Below are positions 20,185-30,169 of a stretch of 32,000 bases of DNA, piece by piece; the stretch's first letter is position 1, and the number at the start of each line of letters is the position of its first letter. Under the pieces are notes generated by a model. That model ran no database searches and was not told the DNA's origin. It was given only the letters and a program-made list of their open reading frames with translations. The position numbers and the translations under genes are program-made. The stretch spans positions 2,130,001 through 2,162,000 of the forward strand of contig NC_013202.1 of the NCBI RefSeq assembly GCF_000023965.1. Reading direction: 5' to 3'. Origin of the DNA: Halomicrobium mukohataei DSM 12286 (GTDB taxonomy: Archaea; Halobacteriota; Halobacteria; Halobacteriales; Haloarculaceae).

Positions 20185-21500
20185 GAGACGACCTCGAACG
20201 GTACCGTGAAGTCGGCGAGCAACGCCGCCAGGACCTCGCCGAGTTCATCCAGTACGGCGACCTCGGCCAGAGCCGACAGGACTCGGTGCAGATCCCGATC
20301 AAGATCGTCGACCTCCCCGAGTTCGAGTACGACCAGCGCGACATGGGCGGCGTCGGTCAGGGCCAGGACGGCCAGCCCCAGCCCGGCGATCCGGTGGGCC
20401 AGCCCCAGCCAGACGACGACGGCGACGAGGACGGCGAGCCCGGCGAGCCCGGCGAGGACGGCGGCGACCACGAGTACTACGAGATGGATCCCGAGGAGTT
20501 CGCCCAGGAACTGGACGAGCAACTCGGACTCGACCTCGAACCGAAGGGCAAGCAGGTGATCGAGGAGGTCGAGGGCGACTTCACCGACATCACCAGGTCC
20601 GGCCCCTCCTCGACGCTGGACTTCGAGCGGCTGTTCAAGCAGGGCCTCAAGCGAAAGCTCGCGATGGACTTCGACGAGGCGTTCGTCCGCGAGGCGCTGA
20701 AAGTCGACGGCTGGGGGCCGGCGACCGTCTTCGAGTGGGCCCGCGAGCAACACATCCCCGTCTCGAAGGCCTGGATCGAGGAGGCCTACGCGGAGTTGCC
20801 GGCCGACGAGAAGGCCGTCTGGGACAGCATCGACGAGATGACCGACGCGGTCGACCGAGAGAGCACCGCCAACCGGATCCGACGGGAGGGCGTCGACCAG
20901 ATTCCGTTCCGACGGGAAGACGAGCGATACCGCTACCCGGAGATCGAGGAGGAGCGCGAGAAGAACGTCGTCGTCGTCAACATCCGCGACGTGTCCGGGT
21001 CGATGCGCCAGAAGAAACGAGAGCTCGTCGAGCGGACGTTCACGCCGCTGGACTGGTACCTCCAGGGCAAGTACGACCACGCCGAGTTCGTCTACATCGC
21101 CCACGACGCCGACGCCTGGGAGGTCGATCGCGACGAGTTCTTCGGCATCCGCTCTGGCGGCGGGACCCGCATCTCCAGCGCGTACGAACTCGCGCTGGCA
21201 CGGCTCGAAGAGGCCTACCCCTGGGCCGACTGGAACCGCTACGTGTTCGCGGCCGGCGACTCGGAGAACTCCTCGAACGACACCGAAGAACACGTCATCC
21301 CACTGATGGAGGAGATCCCGGCGAACCTCCACGCCTACGTCGAGACCCAGCCGTCGGGCAACGCGATCAACGCGACCCACGCCGAGGAAGTGGAGCGCCA
21401 CTTCCGCGAGACCGACGACGTGGCCGTGGCCTACGTCTCCAGCCCGGAGGACGTGACCGACGCGATCTACGAGATCCTGAGCACGGAGGACGAATCATGA
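20175..21500 (+). CDS. yeaH: YeaH/YhbH-family (DUF444) protein with a vWA-like MIDAS motif
   Basis: The start is at '[10 protein letters not shown]' (ATG 20175), a 10-nt overlap with the upstream gene. '[13 protein letters not shown]' and '[13 protein letters not shown]' match E. coli YeaH 'FCLMDVSGSM' and 'GGTIVSSAL'. It has the Gly/Pro/acidic low-complexity N-terminal region typical of the family. Confidence 0.88.
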   Translation: MGLRDDLERYREVGEQRRQDLAEFIQYGDLGQSRQDSVQIPIKIVDLPEFEYDQRDMGGVGQGQDGQPQPGDPVGQPQPDDDGDEDGEPGEPGEDGGDHEYYEMDPEEFAQELDEQLGLDLEPKGKQVIEEVEGDFTDITRSGPSSTLDFERLFKQGLKRKLAMDFDEAFVREALKVDGWGPATVFEWAREQHIPVSKAWIEEAYAELPADEKAVWDSIDEMTDAVDRESTANRIRREGVDQIPFRREDERYRYPEIEEEREKNVVVVNIRDVSGSMRQKKRELVERTFTPLDWYLQGKYDHAEFVYIAHDADAWEVDRDEFFGIRSGGGTRISSAYELALARLEEAYPWADWNRYVFAAGDSENSSNDTEEHVIPLMEEIPANLHAYVETQPSGNAINATHAEEVERHFRETDDVAVAYVSSPEDVTDAIYEILSTEDES

Positions 21501-23539
21501 GTACCGACGACCACATCCGCAAACGGCGCGTCGCCGCCGAACTCGAAACGTCAGTCGACGAGGCGGCGAATCTGGCGAAGAAACTCGGTCTGACCCCCTA
21601 CCCGGTGAACTACTGGATCGTCGACTACGACGAGATGAACGAGCTGATCGCCTACGGGGGATTCCAGCAGCGGTACCCCCACTGGCGGTGGGGCATGGCC
21701 TACGACCGCCAGCAAAAGCAGGGGCAGTTCCTCGGCGGGAAGGCCTTCGAGATCGTCAACAACGACAACCCGGCCCACGCCTTCCTCCAGGAGTCCAACG
21801 AGCTGGCCGACCAGAAGGCCGTCATCACCCACGTCGAGGCCCACGCGGACTTCTTCGCGAACAACGACTGGTTCGGACTGTTCGCGGGCGGAGCGGCCCC
21901 GGGGGCCGCTGACAGCGAAGACGGCCAGCGCCGTCTGAGCAATCCCGAGGCCGCGGCGATGCTGGGACGCCACGCCGAGACGATCGAGGAGTACATGCAA
22001 GACCCCGAGATCGACCGCGCCGAGGTCGAGAAGTGGATCGACCACGTCCTCTGTCTGGAGGACAACATCGACCAGCACCAGCCCTACGCGCCCGTCGACG
22101 GCGAGGACCGCCCCGACGAGGCGGACCTCGAAGAGATAGCGGACCAGCTCGGCGATCTCGAACTCTCGGAAGAGGTCCGCAGACAGGTCTTCACTGAAGA
22201 GTGGCTCGACGCCCAGAGCGAGGACGACGAGCCGATCACGTTCCCCGAAGAGCCACAGAAAGACGTGCTCGCCTTCCTCCAGACACACGGCATGCAGTAC
22301 GACGCCGACGGCGAGAAGGCCGTCGAGATGGCTGACTGGCAGTCGGACGTACTGGAGATGCTCCGCCGGGAGGCGTACTACTTCGCTCCCCAGAAAATGA
22401 CAAAGGTGATGAACGAAGGATGGGCAAGCTATTGGGAATCCGTCATGATGGCCGGAGAGCAGTTCGCGAGCGCCGACGAGTTCGTCCTCTACGCCGACCA
22501 CATGTCGAAGGTGCTCGGGTCGGGCGGGCTCAACCCCTACAAGCTCGGGCTCGAACTGTGGACGTATCTCGAAAACAGCGAGAACCGCCGGGAAGTCGTC
22601 GAGCGACTGCTTCGCGTCGAGGACGTGACCTGGCGGAACTTCCACGACGTGATCGACTTCGAGCGGGTACAGGACCTGATCGCGCCCGATTCGGCGGTGA
22701 CCGACGTGCCCGCCAGCCTCGACGATCTCGACCCCGACGATCCGCGAGTCGACGCCGACGCGCTCGCTCGCGCCCGCGACGGAGAGATCGACGTCGAGAC
22801 CTACCCGTGGAAGGTCCTGACCGAAGCGGGGATGGCCGAACGCCACTACTCGCTGGTCAAGCCACAGTACCGCGGATTCGTCTCGCGCATCAGCCAGTCG
22901 GAGCTGGAGCGCATCTCGCGGTACATGTTCGACGACGCCCGGTACGAGAGCGTGGCCGACGCCCTCGCGGATGTGGACTACTCGCGGGGCTGGGACCGGA
23001 TGCGCGAGGTCCGCGAGAGCCACAACGACGTGACCTTCCTCGACGAGTTCCTCACCCAGGAGTTCGTCGACGAACACGACTACTTCACCTACGAGTACAC
23101 CCACTCCTCGGGCAACTTCCGTGCCACTTCGACGGCCGCCGAAGACGTGAAAAAGAAGCTGATGTTGCAGTTCACCAACTTCGGCAAGCCGACGATCACC
23201 GTCGCCGACGGCAACTACCGCAACCGCAACGAACTCCTCTTGACCCACCAGTACAACGGCGTCGTGCTGGACCTCGAACAGGCTACAGAGACGCTGCAAC
23301 GCGTCTTCGAACTCTGGGGGCGGCCAGTCAATCTGCTGACCATCGACAAGGAGTTCGACGAACACGACGTGGAGGTCGCGCGGCGACGCGACCAGGAACC
23401 CGAGCCCGAGGCGGTCGGCAAGCGCCTGCGATACGACGGCGAGGAGGTCACGATACAGGAGGTCGACTGGTCCGAGGTCGAACACTTAGACGCCGACGAC
23501 ATCGACTACGACACCAAGCCCGAGGAGTGGCTGTCGTAG
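21497..23539 (+). CDS. spoVR: SpoVR/YcgB-family protein
   Basis: The start is at 'MSTDDHIRK', where ATG 21497 overlaps the upstream stop in ATGA. The motifs '[12 protein letters not shown]' and '[13 protein letters not shown]' are characteristic of SpoVR. Confidence 0.9.
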   Translation: MSTDDHIRKRRVAAELETSVDEAANLAKKLGLTPYPVNYWIVDYDEMNELIAYGGFQQRYPHWRWGMAYDRQQKQGQFLGGKAFEIVNNDNPAHAFLQESNELADQKAVITHVEAHADFFANNDWFGLFAGGAAPGAADSEDGQRRLSNPEAAAMLGRHAETIEEYMQDPEIDRAEVEKWIDHVLCLEDNIDQHQPYAPVDGEDRPDEADLEEIADQLGDLELSEEVRRQVFTEEWLDAQSEDDEPITFPEEPQKDVLAFLQTHGMQYDADGEKAVEMADWQSDVLEMLRREAYYFAPQKMTKVMNEGWASYWESVMMAGEQFASADEFVLYADHMSKVLGSGGLNPYKLGLELWTYLENSENRREVVERLLRVEDVTWRNFHDVIDFERVQDLIAPDSAVTDVPASLDDLDPDDPRVDADALARARDGEIDVETYPWKVLTEAGMAERHYSLVKPQYRGFVSRISQSELERISRYMFDDARYESVADALADVDYSRGWDRMREVRESHNDVTFLDEFLTQEFVDEHDYFTYEYTHSSGNFRATSTAAEDVKKKLMLQFTNFGKPTITVADGNYRNRNELLLTHQYNGVVLDLEQATETLQRVFELWGRPVNLLTIDKEFDEHDVEVARRRDQEPEPEAVGKRLRYDGEEVTIQEVDWSEVEHLDADDIDYDTKPEEWLS

Positions 23540-23664
23540 CGGCCCGGCTCGCGAGAGTCACCCTGAGATCGTCCGTCTTCGTGTGATCTTCCGCCAGTTC
23601 GGTCGACCGGACACCTACGCTGTTATCCATTGGTACCAGGCCGCCAGCGGCCGTTGACTGTATC

Positions 23665-25116
23665 ATGAGTACCGTTCTCGTCTGGTTCCGCCGCGATCTG
23701 CGCTGTCACGACAACGCGACGTTGCGACGCGCCGTCGCCGAGGCCGACACCGTCGTGCCGCTGTACTGTCTCCCGGATCGACTGACCGGCGAGGGGATGT
23801 TCGGGCTCGACAGGGTCGGTCCCCATCGGGCGCAGTTCCTGATCGAGAGCCTCGCGGACCTGCGCGAGTCGTTGCGGGACCGGGACGGCGAACTGTACGT
23901 TCGCAGCGGCGACCCCGGGACGGTCGTCCCCGAGGCCGCTGAGGAGTTCGACGCCGACGCGGTCTACTGGCAGGCGCTCCCGGGTCCCGAAGAGCGGGAC
24001 GAAGCTGGCAGCGTTCGGGCGGGGCTGGCCGACGCCGGGATCGACTCCGAGACGTTCTGGACGCACACGCTGTACCACCGCGACGACCTCCCCAGACCGC
24101 CCGACGAGATCGAGGACACCTTCACGCCGTGGAAGGACCGAACCGAAGCGAAGGCGACCGTCCGACCGCCCAAACCGGCCCCGGAGTGGGTCCACGCCCC
24201 CAACGGCGGCCGGCGCGCCAGCAGCGGTGCCGACGATCTCCCCACGCTCGCGGACTTCGGCTTCGGCGAGGACGAGGCGACGGTCGACGACCGCGGCGTC
24301 CTCGACTGGACCGGCGGCGAGACGGCGGGGCTGGATCGCGTCGCGACGTACGTCTGGGAGCGTGACTGCCTGCGGGAGTACCGCGAGACGCGCAACGGCC
24401 TCGTGGGTGCCGACTACTCCTCGAAGTTCTCGCCGTGGCTCTCCTTTGGCTGTCTCTCGCCGCGTCAGATCCACCGCGAGGTCGAGCAGTACGAGACCGA
24501 TCGGGTGGAAAACGACTCGACGTACTGGCTCGTCTTCGAGCTGACCTGGCGGGACTTCTTCCAGTACCAGCTCGCGAAGTACGGCGCGAAGTGGTTCCAG
24601 CCCGGCGGCATCCGCGACCGGGACGACATTCGGTGGCGGCGCGACCGTGCGCAGTTCGAACGCTGGGCGCGTGGCGAGACGGGGATCCCCTTCGTCGACG
24701 CCAACATGCGCGAGCTGAACGCGACGGGATACGTGAGCAATCGCGGCCGCCAGAACGTCGCCTCGTTTCTCTCGAACAACCTCCGGATCGACTGGCGGCT
24801 CGGGGCGGCATACTTCGAGTCGCGGCTGGTCGACTACGACGTGGCCTCGAACTGGTGTAACTGGGCGTACCAGTCACAGGTCGGCAACGACTCGCGAGAC
24901 AGCTACTTCGAGATCGTCGGCCAGGCGACACACTACGATCCCGAGGGGGCGTACGTCACTCGCTGGTGTCCGGAACTGTCGGCACTTCCGCCGGAGTACG
25001 TCCACGAGCCCTGGACGATGAGCGAGCACGAGCAGGCCGACTACGGCGTCGAGCTGGGGACCGACTACCCCGCGCCGATGATCGACCTCGAAGCGTCCTA
25101 CGAGAAGCTACGCTGA
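23665..25116 (+). CDS. Cryptochrome/photolyase-family protein, Cry-DASH type
   Basis: It has 'LVWFRRDLRCHDN' at the N-terminus, and 'TGYVSNRGRQNVASFL' and 'WCNWAYQ' in the FAD-binding domain. The length is 483 aa. Confidence 0.88.
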   Translation: MSTVLVWFRRDLRCHDNATLRRAVAEADTVVPLYCLPDRLTGEGMFGLDRVGPHRAQFLIESLADLRESLRDRDGELYVRSGDPGTVVPEAAEEFDADAVYWQALPGPEERDEAGSVRAGLADAGIDSETFWTHTLYHRDDLPRPPDEIEDTFTPWKDRTEAKATVRPPKPAPEWVHAPNGGRRASSGADDLPTLADFGFGEDEATVDDRGVLDWTGGETAGLDRVATYVWERDCLREYRETRNGLVGADYSSKFSPWLSFGCLSPRQIHREVEQYETDRVENDSTYWLVFELTWRDFFQYQLAKYGAKWFQPGGIRDRDDIRWRRDRAQFERWARGETGIPFVDANMRELNATGYVSNRGRQNVASFLSNNLRIDWRLGAAYFESRLVDYDVASNWCNWAYQSQVGNDSRDSYFEIVGQATHYDPEGAYVTRWCPELSALPPEYVHEPWTMSEHEQADYGVELGTDYPAPMIDLEASYEKLR

Positions 25117-25145
25117 TACGCCGGTACGCAACGACGACCGTCGGA

Positions 25146-27119
25146 TCAGTCGTCCACCGTAACGGGATCCTCGTAGATCTCCGAGAGCCGGTCCTCGAAG
25201 GCCTTCCTGATGTTGCGGCGCTTTTTCTTCATCGACGGCGTCAGGAGGTCGTTCTCGGCGGTCCACTCCCTTGGGAGCAGCACGAACTTCTTGATCGTCT
25301 CGACCTTTTCGAGGTCCTCGTTGACCTCGTCGACGGCCTCCTGGATCCACGCGTGGACGCGCTCGTCGTCACACATCTCGGCCTCGCTGTCGGGCAGGTC
25401 GATCCCCTCGCGGTCGGCCCAGCGACGCAACTGCTCGAAGTTCGGGACGAACATCGCCGCGATGAACTTCTGGTCGTCGCCGACGACCATCGCCTGTGCG
25501 ACGCGGTCGCTGGTCGAGAAGGCGTCCTCGATGGGCTGGGGAGCGACGTTCTTGCCCGTCGAGAGGACGATCACCTCCTTGAGGCGGTCGTGGTAGATCA
25601 GGAAGTCGTCCTCGGTCCGCTCGACGATGTCGCCGGTGTGGAACCAGCCGTCGGGCTCGAAGGACTGGGCGGTCTCTTTCTCCCGGTTCCAGTAGCCGTC
25701 GGCGACGTTCGGCCCCCGGACCAGCAACTCGCCCACGTCTCGGCTGGTCTCGAAGTCGTCCTGATCGACGACGTGGGTGTCGAGTTTGACCTCCTCGTCG
25801 ACGACGGGAACGCCCATCGTCCCCGGTCGCACGTCTTCGGGAGGGTTGACGCTGACGACCGGTGCGGTCTCGGTGAGGCCGTACCCCTCGACGATCGTGA
25901 GGTCCATCCCGAGGAACGTCTCGCACAGCTCCTTCGAGAGGCTGCCGCCGCCACTGACCATGAACTCGATGTTGCCCCCGAGGTTCTCCTTGAGCTGGCT
26001 GTACACCAGCCGGTCGCTGACCGCGTGCTTCAGGCCCAAGAGCGGGCCGGGATCGTCGGTCCGGGCCCACTCCCTGGCCACGTCGGTCGACCACTCGAAG
26101 ATGCGCTCTTTGATCGGCGATTCGCTGGCCTGATCGCGCATTCGATCGAAGATCCGCTCGTAGACGCGGGGGACGCTCGCACCGGTGTCGGGCCTGATCA
26201 GCTTGATGTCGTCGGCGAGCGTGTCGGGATCCTCGACGTAGCCGACCGTCGCGCCCGCGGCGAACATCACGAAGTGGCCGGCGAGCCGTTCGAAGACGTG
26301 TGCGAGCGGCAGGAAGGAGATCGAAGTGGTGCCCGGCGAGAGCGTCGGATGGTCCGGGTCCTTGTCGGGGCGGGGCGCGAGTCGCTTGTACACCTGGTTG
26401 ACGTTCGAGCGGAAGTTTCTGTGGGTGAGCTTGACTCCCTTCGGCTGGCCGGTCGTCCCGGACGTGTAGATCAGGCTCGCGAGGTCCGACGGAGAGCGCT
26501 CTTCGAGCCAGGACCGGTAACGAGCGTCGTCGTAGGCTTTGGCACCGATCTCGTGGAGCTCTCCCAGCGTGTACACGTCGTCGCGGTCGGTGTCGTACTC
26601 GTCGATGGTGACGATAAAGGAGAGTTCGAGTCGATCCTCGACTTCGAGAAGCCGGTCGAGCAGCGCCTCGTTCTCGACGACGACGCCGTCTGCGCCGGGA
26701 TCGCTCAGGAGGTACTTGACCTGACGCGGGGAGGACTCGGTGTAGACCGTCGTGACGATGCCGCCGGCCGCCAGCGCCGCGAAGTCGGACAGCGCCCACT
26801 CCATGCGCGTACTGGAAAAGAGGCCCACGCGAGTGTCGTGGTCGACGCCGAGTTCGCGAAAGCCCGCCGCGAGGTTGTGGACCATCGACTGCATCTCGTC
26901 GTAGGTGATCGAGGCGTAGTCTCCGTCCGGAGCCGCCGGCATCACTGCGGGTGTCAGCGAGCGGTCGTAGGTGCCGCCCTTGTACAACTGGGCGGTCCTG
27001 TCCGCGTTTCGCTGTGCGGTGGCCTCGAACAGCTCCGGGATCGTCGTGTCGGCGACGACTTCGTCCGAGTACTCTCGCTCCGCTTCACGCCACGACGGCA
27101 CCGTTCTTGACCCAGCCAT
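25146..27119 (-). CDS. Long-chain acyl-CoA synthetase (AMP-forming ligase superfamily)
   Basis: It has the AMP-binding motifs 'LIYTSGTTGQPKGV', 'GYGLTET' and 'GWFHTGD'. I prefer ATG 27119 ('MAGSR') over 27134 because the minus-strand TATA TATTTATAT lies 27-35 nt upstream of 27119. Confidence 0.9.
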   Translation of the reverse strand: MAGSRTVPSWREAEREYSDEVVADTTIPELFEATAQRNADRTAQLYKGGTYDRSLTPAVMPAAPDGDYASITYDEMQSMVHNLAAGFRELGVDHDTRVGLFSSTRMEWALSDFAALAAGGIVTTVYTESSPRQVKYLLSDPGADGVVVENEALLDRLLEVEDRLELSFIVTIDEYDTDRDDVYTLGELHEIGAKAYDDARYRSWLEERSPSDLASLIYTSGTTGQPKGVKLTHRNFRSNVNQVYKRLAPRPDKDPDHPTLSPGTTSISFLPLAHVFERLAGHFVMFAAGATVGYVEDPDTLADDIKLIRPDTGASVPRVYERIFDRMRDQASESPIKERIFEWSTDVAREWARTDDPGPLLGLKHAVSDRLVYSQLKENLGGNIEFMVSGGGSLSKELCETFLGMDLTIVEGYGLTETAPVVSVNPPEDVRPGTMGVPVVDEEVKLDTHVVDQDDFETSRDVGELLVRGPNVADGYWNREKETAQSFEPDGWFHTGDIVERTEDDFLIYHDRLKEVIVLSTGKNVAPQPIEDAFSTSDRVAQAMVVGDDQKFIAAMFVPNFEQLRRWADREGIDLPDSEAEMCDDERVHAWIQEAVDEVNEDLEKVETIKKFVLLPREWTAENDLLTPSMKKKRRNIRKAFEDRLSEIYEDPVTVDD

Positions 27120-27131
27120 GAGACACATATA

Positions 27132-27145
27132 CACGGTCGACCGTG
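27132..27145. promoter_or_regulatory. Perfect 14-bp palindrome CACGGTCGACCGTG between the TATA box and the start of the acyl-CoA synthetase gene (candidate operator)
   Basis: The sequence is self-complementary when read directly. It sits between the TATA (27146-27154) and ATG 27119. Confidence 0.4.
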
Positions 27146-27154
27146 ATATAAATA
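27146..27154 (-). promoter_or_regulatory. TATA box (minus-strand TATTTATAT) for the acyl-CoA synthetase
   Basis: An AT-rich 9-mer located 27-35 nt upstream of ATG 27119. Confidence 0.5.
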
Positions 27155-27264
27155 GGGGCGTATAACTGTCTCGGAGTTCCCGTTCGTTCCCGTTGTTCGC
27201 CGTTTACTGTCGACCCTCCGAACGGACCAGCCGCTCGCCCGCGATCGACGGGACCGACCGCGCC

Positions 27265-27270
27265 TTTTAA
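27265..27270 (+). promoter_or_regulatory. TATA-like box (TTTTAA) for nop5
   Basis: It lies 26-31 nt upstream of ATG 27296. Confidence 0.45.
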
Positions 27271-27295
27271 CGCGGCGGCCCTGCAAACACGCTCT

Positions 27296-28135
27296 ATGAC
27301 TGACGGGTGGTTCGCCGGGCTCGATCCCGACGACGACGAGGCAGCGGTCGCCGCGATCCGCGAGGGCAGCGCCGACGAACCGGCCGAGTGGCCTCGGCTG
27401 GCCGTCGACGCGGGGTTCGCTGACGACACCGACGACTACTACGACCGCCTGCGCGCCGCGACGATGGCGGCCGCGGAGCAAGCCGTCCAGGAGCGGGAGG
27501 GTGCCGACGACCGCCAGCTCGTCCACGCGGTGCGGTCGATGGCCGACTGCGAACGGACGGCAAACGAGCTGGCAGAGCGAGTCGCCGAGTGGGGCGAGAG
27601 CCGCTCGGCGGACGCCGGCAGCGGCGTCGAGTACGCCCGCGAGCTGGCCGCGAGTGAGCCGTCGGATCCGGCCGGGGAGAGAGTGCAGTCGCTCGCCCAG
27701 CGGGTGGTCGATCTCGACGAGGAAGCCGACCGTCTGCGAGCGTACATCGACCGGACGGCTCCCGAGGTCGCGCCGAACCTGGCGGCACTGGCCGGGCCCG
27801 TGCTGGCCGCTCGTCTCGTCTCGCTGGCCGGCGGGCTCGAATCGCTCGCGAAAAAGCCGAGCGGGACGCTACAGGTCCTGGGCGCTGAAGACGCGCTCTT
27901 CGCGCACCTCCGTGGATCGGCCCCCTCGCCGAAACACGGGATCATCTTCACCCACGAGGCGGTTCGGGGGACTCACCCGGACCACCGCGGGTCGGCTGCC
28001 CGTGCGCTCGCTGGCAAGCTCACCATCGCCGCACGGATCGACCACTACAGCGGCGACCTGCGGCCAGACCTCCAGGCGGAACTCGACGAGCGGATCGAGG
28101 CGATCCAGTCCCGAACGGGAGGTGACGGCGAGTGA
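27296..28135 (+). CDS. nop5: Nop5/Nop56/58-family box C/D sRNP protein (compact form)
   Basis: It has the Nop domain 'APNLAALAGPVLAARLVSLAGGLESLAKKPSGTLQVLGAEDALFAHL...HGIIFTHEAV...ARALAGKLTIAARIDHYSG'. It is followed directly by fibrillarin. Confidence 0.9.
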   Translation: MTDGWFAGLDPDDDEAAVAAIREGSADEPAEWPRLAVDAGFADDTDDYYDRLRAATMAAAEQAVQEREGADDRQLVHAVRSMADCERTANELAERVAEWGESRSADAGSGVEYARELAASEPSDPAGERVQSLAQRVVDLDEEADRLRAYIDRTAPEVAPNLAALAGPVLAARLVSLAGGLESLAKKPSGTLQVLGAEDALFAHLRGSAPSPKHGIIFTHEAVRGTHPDHRGSAARALAGKLTIAARIDHYSGDLRPDLQAELDERIEAIQSRTGGDGE

Positions 28136-28773
28136 CGCTCCCGGACGGCGTCGAGCGCCACGACTTCGGCGGCGAGACGGGGCTGGCGACGCGGGGCGAG
28201 CCGGTGTACGGCGAGGCGACCGACGGCGCGTGGCGACGCTGGGACCCCGACCGTTCGAAGCTCGGCGCGATGCTCGCACTCGGGATGGAGACCGGCCTGG
28301 CGGGCAGCGAGACGGTGCTCTACCTCGGTGCCGCCGCCGGGACGACCGTCAGCCACGTCGCGGACTTCGCCGGGCCGACCTACGCCGTCGAGTTCGCGCC
28401 ACGGCCCGTCAGGGATCTGCTCGATGCGGCGGACCCGCGACCGAACCTCTTCCCGCTCCTGAAAGACGCCCGCGAGCCGGAGTCGTACGCCCACGTCGTC
28501 GAACCGGCCGACGTGCTCGTCCAGGACGTGGCGACGCGCGGACAGGCACTCGTCGCCAACCGCAACGCACGCTTCCTCCGCCCGGACGGACGGCTCCTGC
28601 TGTCGATCAAGGCTCGCAGCGAGGACGTGACCGCCGATCCAGCGGCCGTCTTCGAGGACGTACTGACGACGCTCGAAGAGCGCTACGAGATCGAGGCCAG
28701 CGAGTCGCTGGCACCGCACCACGACGACCACCTCGGCGTCGTCGCCCGGCCTCGGCGTGACGGAACGTTTTAA
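28132..28773 (+). CDS. flpA: Fibrillarin-like rRNA/tRNA 2'-O-methyltransferase
   Basis: The GTG start overlaps the nop5 stop (GTGA 28132-28135). It has the SAM-binding 'VLYLGAAAGTTVSHVADF' and 'DVLVQDVA'. Confidence 0.9.
   Translation: MTLPDGVERHDFGGETGLATRGEPVYGEATDGAWRRWDPDRSKLGAMLALGMETGLAGSETVLYLGAAAGTTVSHVADFAGPTYAVEFAPRPVRDLLDAADPRPNLFPLLKDAREPESYAHVVEPADVLVQDVATRGQALVANRNARFLRPDGRLLLSIKARSEDVTADPAAVFEDVLTTLEERYEIEASESLAPHHDDHLGVVARPRRDGTF
28768..28773 (+). promoter_or_regulatory. TATA-like box (TTTTAA) for gshA, overlapping the flpA stop codon
   Basis: TTTTAA contains the flpA TAA stop (28771-28773) and lies 26-31 nt upstream of ATG 28799. Confidence 0.4.
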
Positions 28774-28798
28774 CGCCCGGCAACCGACACTGTGACCG

Positions 28799-29881
28799 AT
28801 GGAGGAGACGGGTTCCGCCGCCGCGTTCGACCGGATGGGCACGCTCGGGATCGAAGAGGAGTTCTACGTCGTCGACGAGTACGGCCGGCCGACTGCAGGG
28901 TCGGACGAGCTGGTCTACGAGAGCGACCCGCCGACGATCCTCGACGGACGGCTCGACCACGAACTGTTCAAGACCGTCGTCGAGACTCAGACGCCGACAC
29001 TCGACGGGCTCGATGACGCACGATCGGCTCTGGAAGACGTTCGCAACGCACTGGTCGACCACGCCGAGGCCAACGGCTTCCGGATCGCGGCGGCCGGGCT
29101 CCACCCGCTCGCGAAGTGGCGCGAACTCGAACACGCCCAGAAACCCCGCTACCGCTCCCAGCTGGATCGCATCCAGTACCCCCAGCACCGCAACACCACA
29201 GCGGGCCTCCACGTCCACGTCGGCGTCGACGACGCGGACAAGGCCGTCTGGATCGCCAACGAACTCCGCTGGCACCTCCCGCTCGTGCTCGCGCTGTCTG
29301 CGAACTCGCCGTACTGGAACGGCTACGACACCGGGCTCGCGTCCGCTCGTGCGAAGATCTTCGAGGGGCTCCCGAACACGGGAATGCCGACCGCGTTCGA
29401 GTCGTACGCGGCCTACGAGCAGTTCGAGCGCCGGATGGTCGAGACCGACAGCATCCGCGACCGGGGAGAGCTGTGGTTCGACGTGCGACCACACTCCGGA
29501 CACGGTACCGTCGAAGTCCGGACGCCGGACGGCCAGCGGAACCCCGAGTACGTGCTGGCCTTCGTCGAGTACGTCCACGCGCTGGTCGCGTCCCTGGCCG
29601 ACCAGTTCGAAGACGGTGCCTCGGGAACCGATACCCGGCGTGAGTATCTGGACGAGAACAAGTGGCGAGCGATGCGCCACGGTCACGACGCCTCGCTGCT
29701 CACCCGAACGGGGTCGACGGCTCCGCTGGGAGAACTGGTCGACCGGGAGTGTGACCGACTCGGAATCGACGGCCTCCGGACGCTCTACGACCGCGAGAGC
29801 GGTGCGAATCGCCAGCGCCGCCTCCGGAAGCAAGGCGTCGCCACTCTCGCAGACGACCTCGTCTTGCAAAAGAACGCGTAA
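28799..29881 (+). CDS. gshA: Glutamate--cysteine ligase (GCS2/YbdK-type carboxylate-amine ligase)
   Basis: It has '[12 protein letters not shown]', '[10 protein letters not shown]' and 'SANSPYW', characteristic of the GCS2 family. As I recall, gshA also sits next to fibrillarin in Haloferax. Confidence 0.85.
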   Translation: MEETGSAAAFDRMGTLGIEEEFYVVDEYGRPTAGSDELVYESDPPTILDGRLDHELFKTVVETQTPTLDGLDDARSALEDVRNALVDHAEANGFRIAAAGLHPLAKWRELEHAQKPRYRSQLDRIQYPQHRNTTAGLHVHVGVDDADKAVWIANELRWHLPLVLALSANSPYWNGYDTGLASARAKIFEGLPNTGMPTAFESYAAYEQFERRMVETDSIRDRGELWFDVRPHSGHGTVEVRTPDGQRNPEYVLAFVEYVHALVASLADQFEDGASGTDTRREYLDENKWRAMRHGHDASLLTRTGSTAPLGELVDRECDRLGIDGLRTLYDRESGANRQRRLRKQGVATLADDLVLQKNA

Positions 29882-30169
29882 TTGGGTACTACCCCCACTC
29901 CACGTCACTTCGAGCCCGTCGCGGGCATCCCGGTGCCGGCCGGGTCACCACGCCGGCCGAACGTCTACTTGCGGTGTACCATCCCATGCCACACCGCTAC
30001 CGTTACATTGTGGGGTATCTGGTAAATAGTTTCCGAGACATCTCGTCCGCGATAATGGCGGAGGGTATCAGCCATTCTTTAAGTAATATTCCTGCAAAAG
30101 CAATTTTGACCTTCCGGAGAGGACCCAAGGTTTTAGTGCGCTGGCGACTTCCGTCCTTCTAGAAACGAC

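Noticed and set aside
20356-20490. The Gly/Pro/Asp/Glu low-complexity insert in the DUF444 protein ('[37 protein letters not shown]').
   Set aside because: E. coli YeaH has an equivalent Gly/Gln/Asp-rich low-complexity region at the same position, so this is a family feature made more acidic by halophily. It is not a novelty.
29974-30162. A 62-aa plus-strand ORF in the gshA-downstream spacer.
   Set aside because: It has a non-ATG start, a basic/aromatic composition atypical of haloarchaeal proteins, and AT-rich codons. It is probably non-coding.
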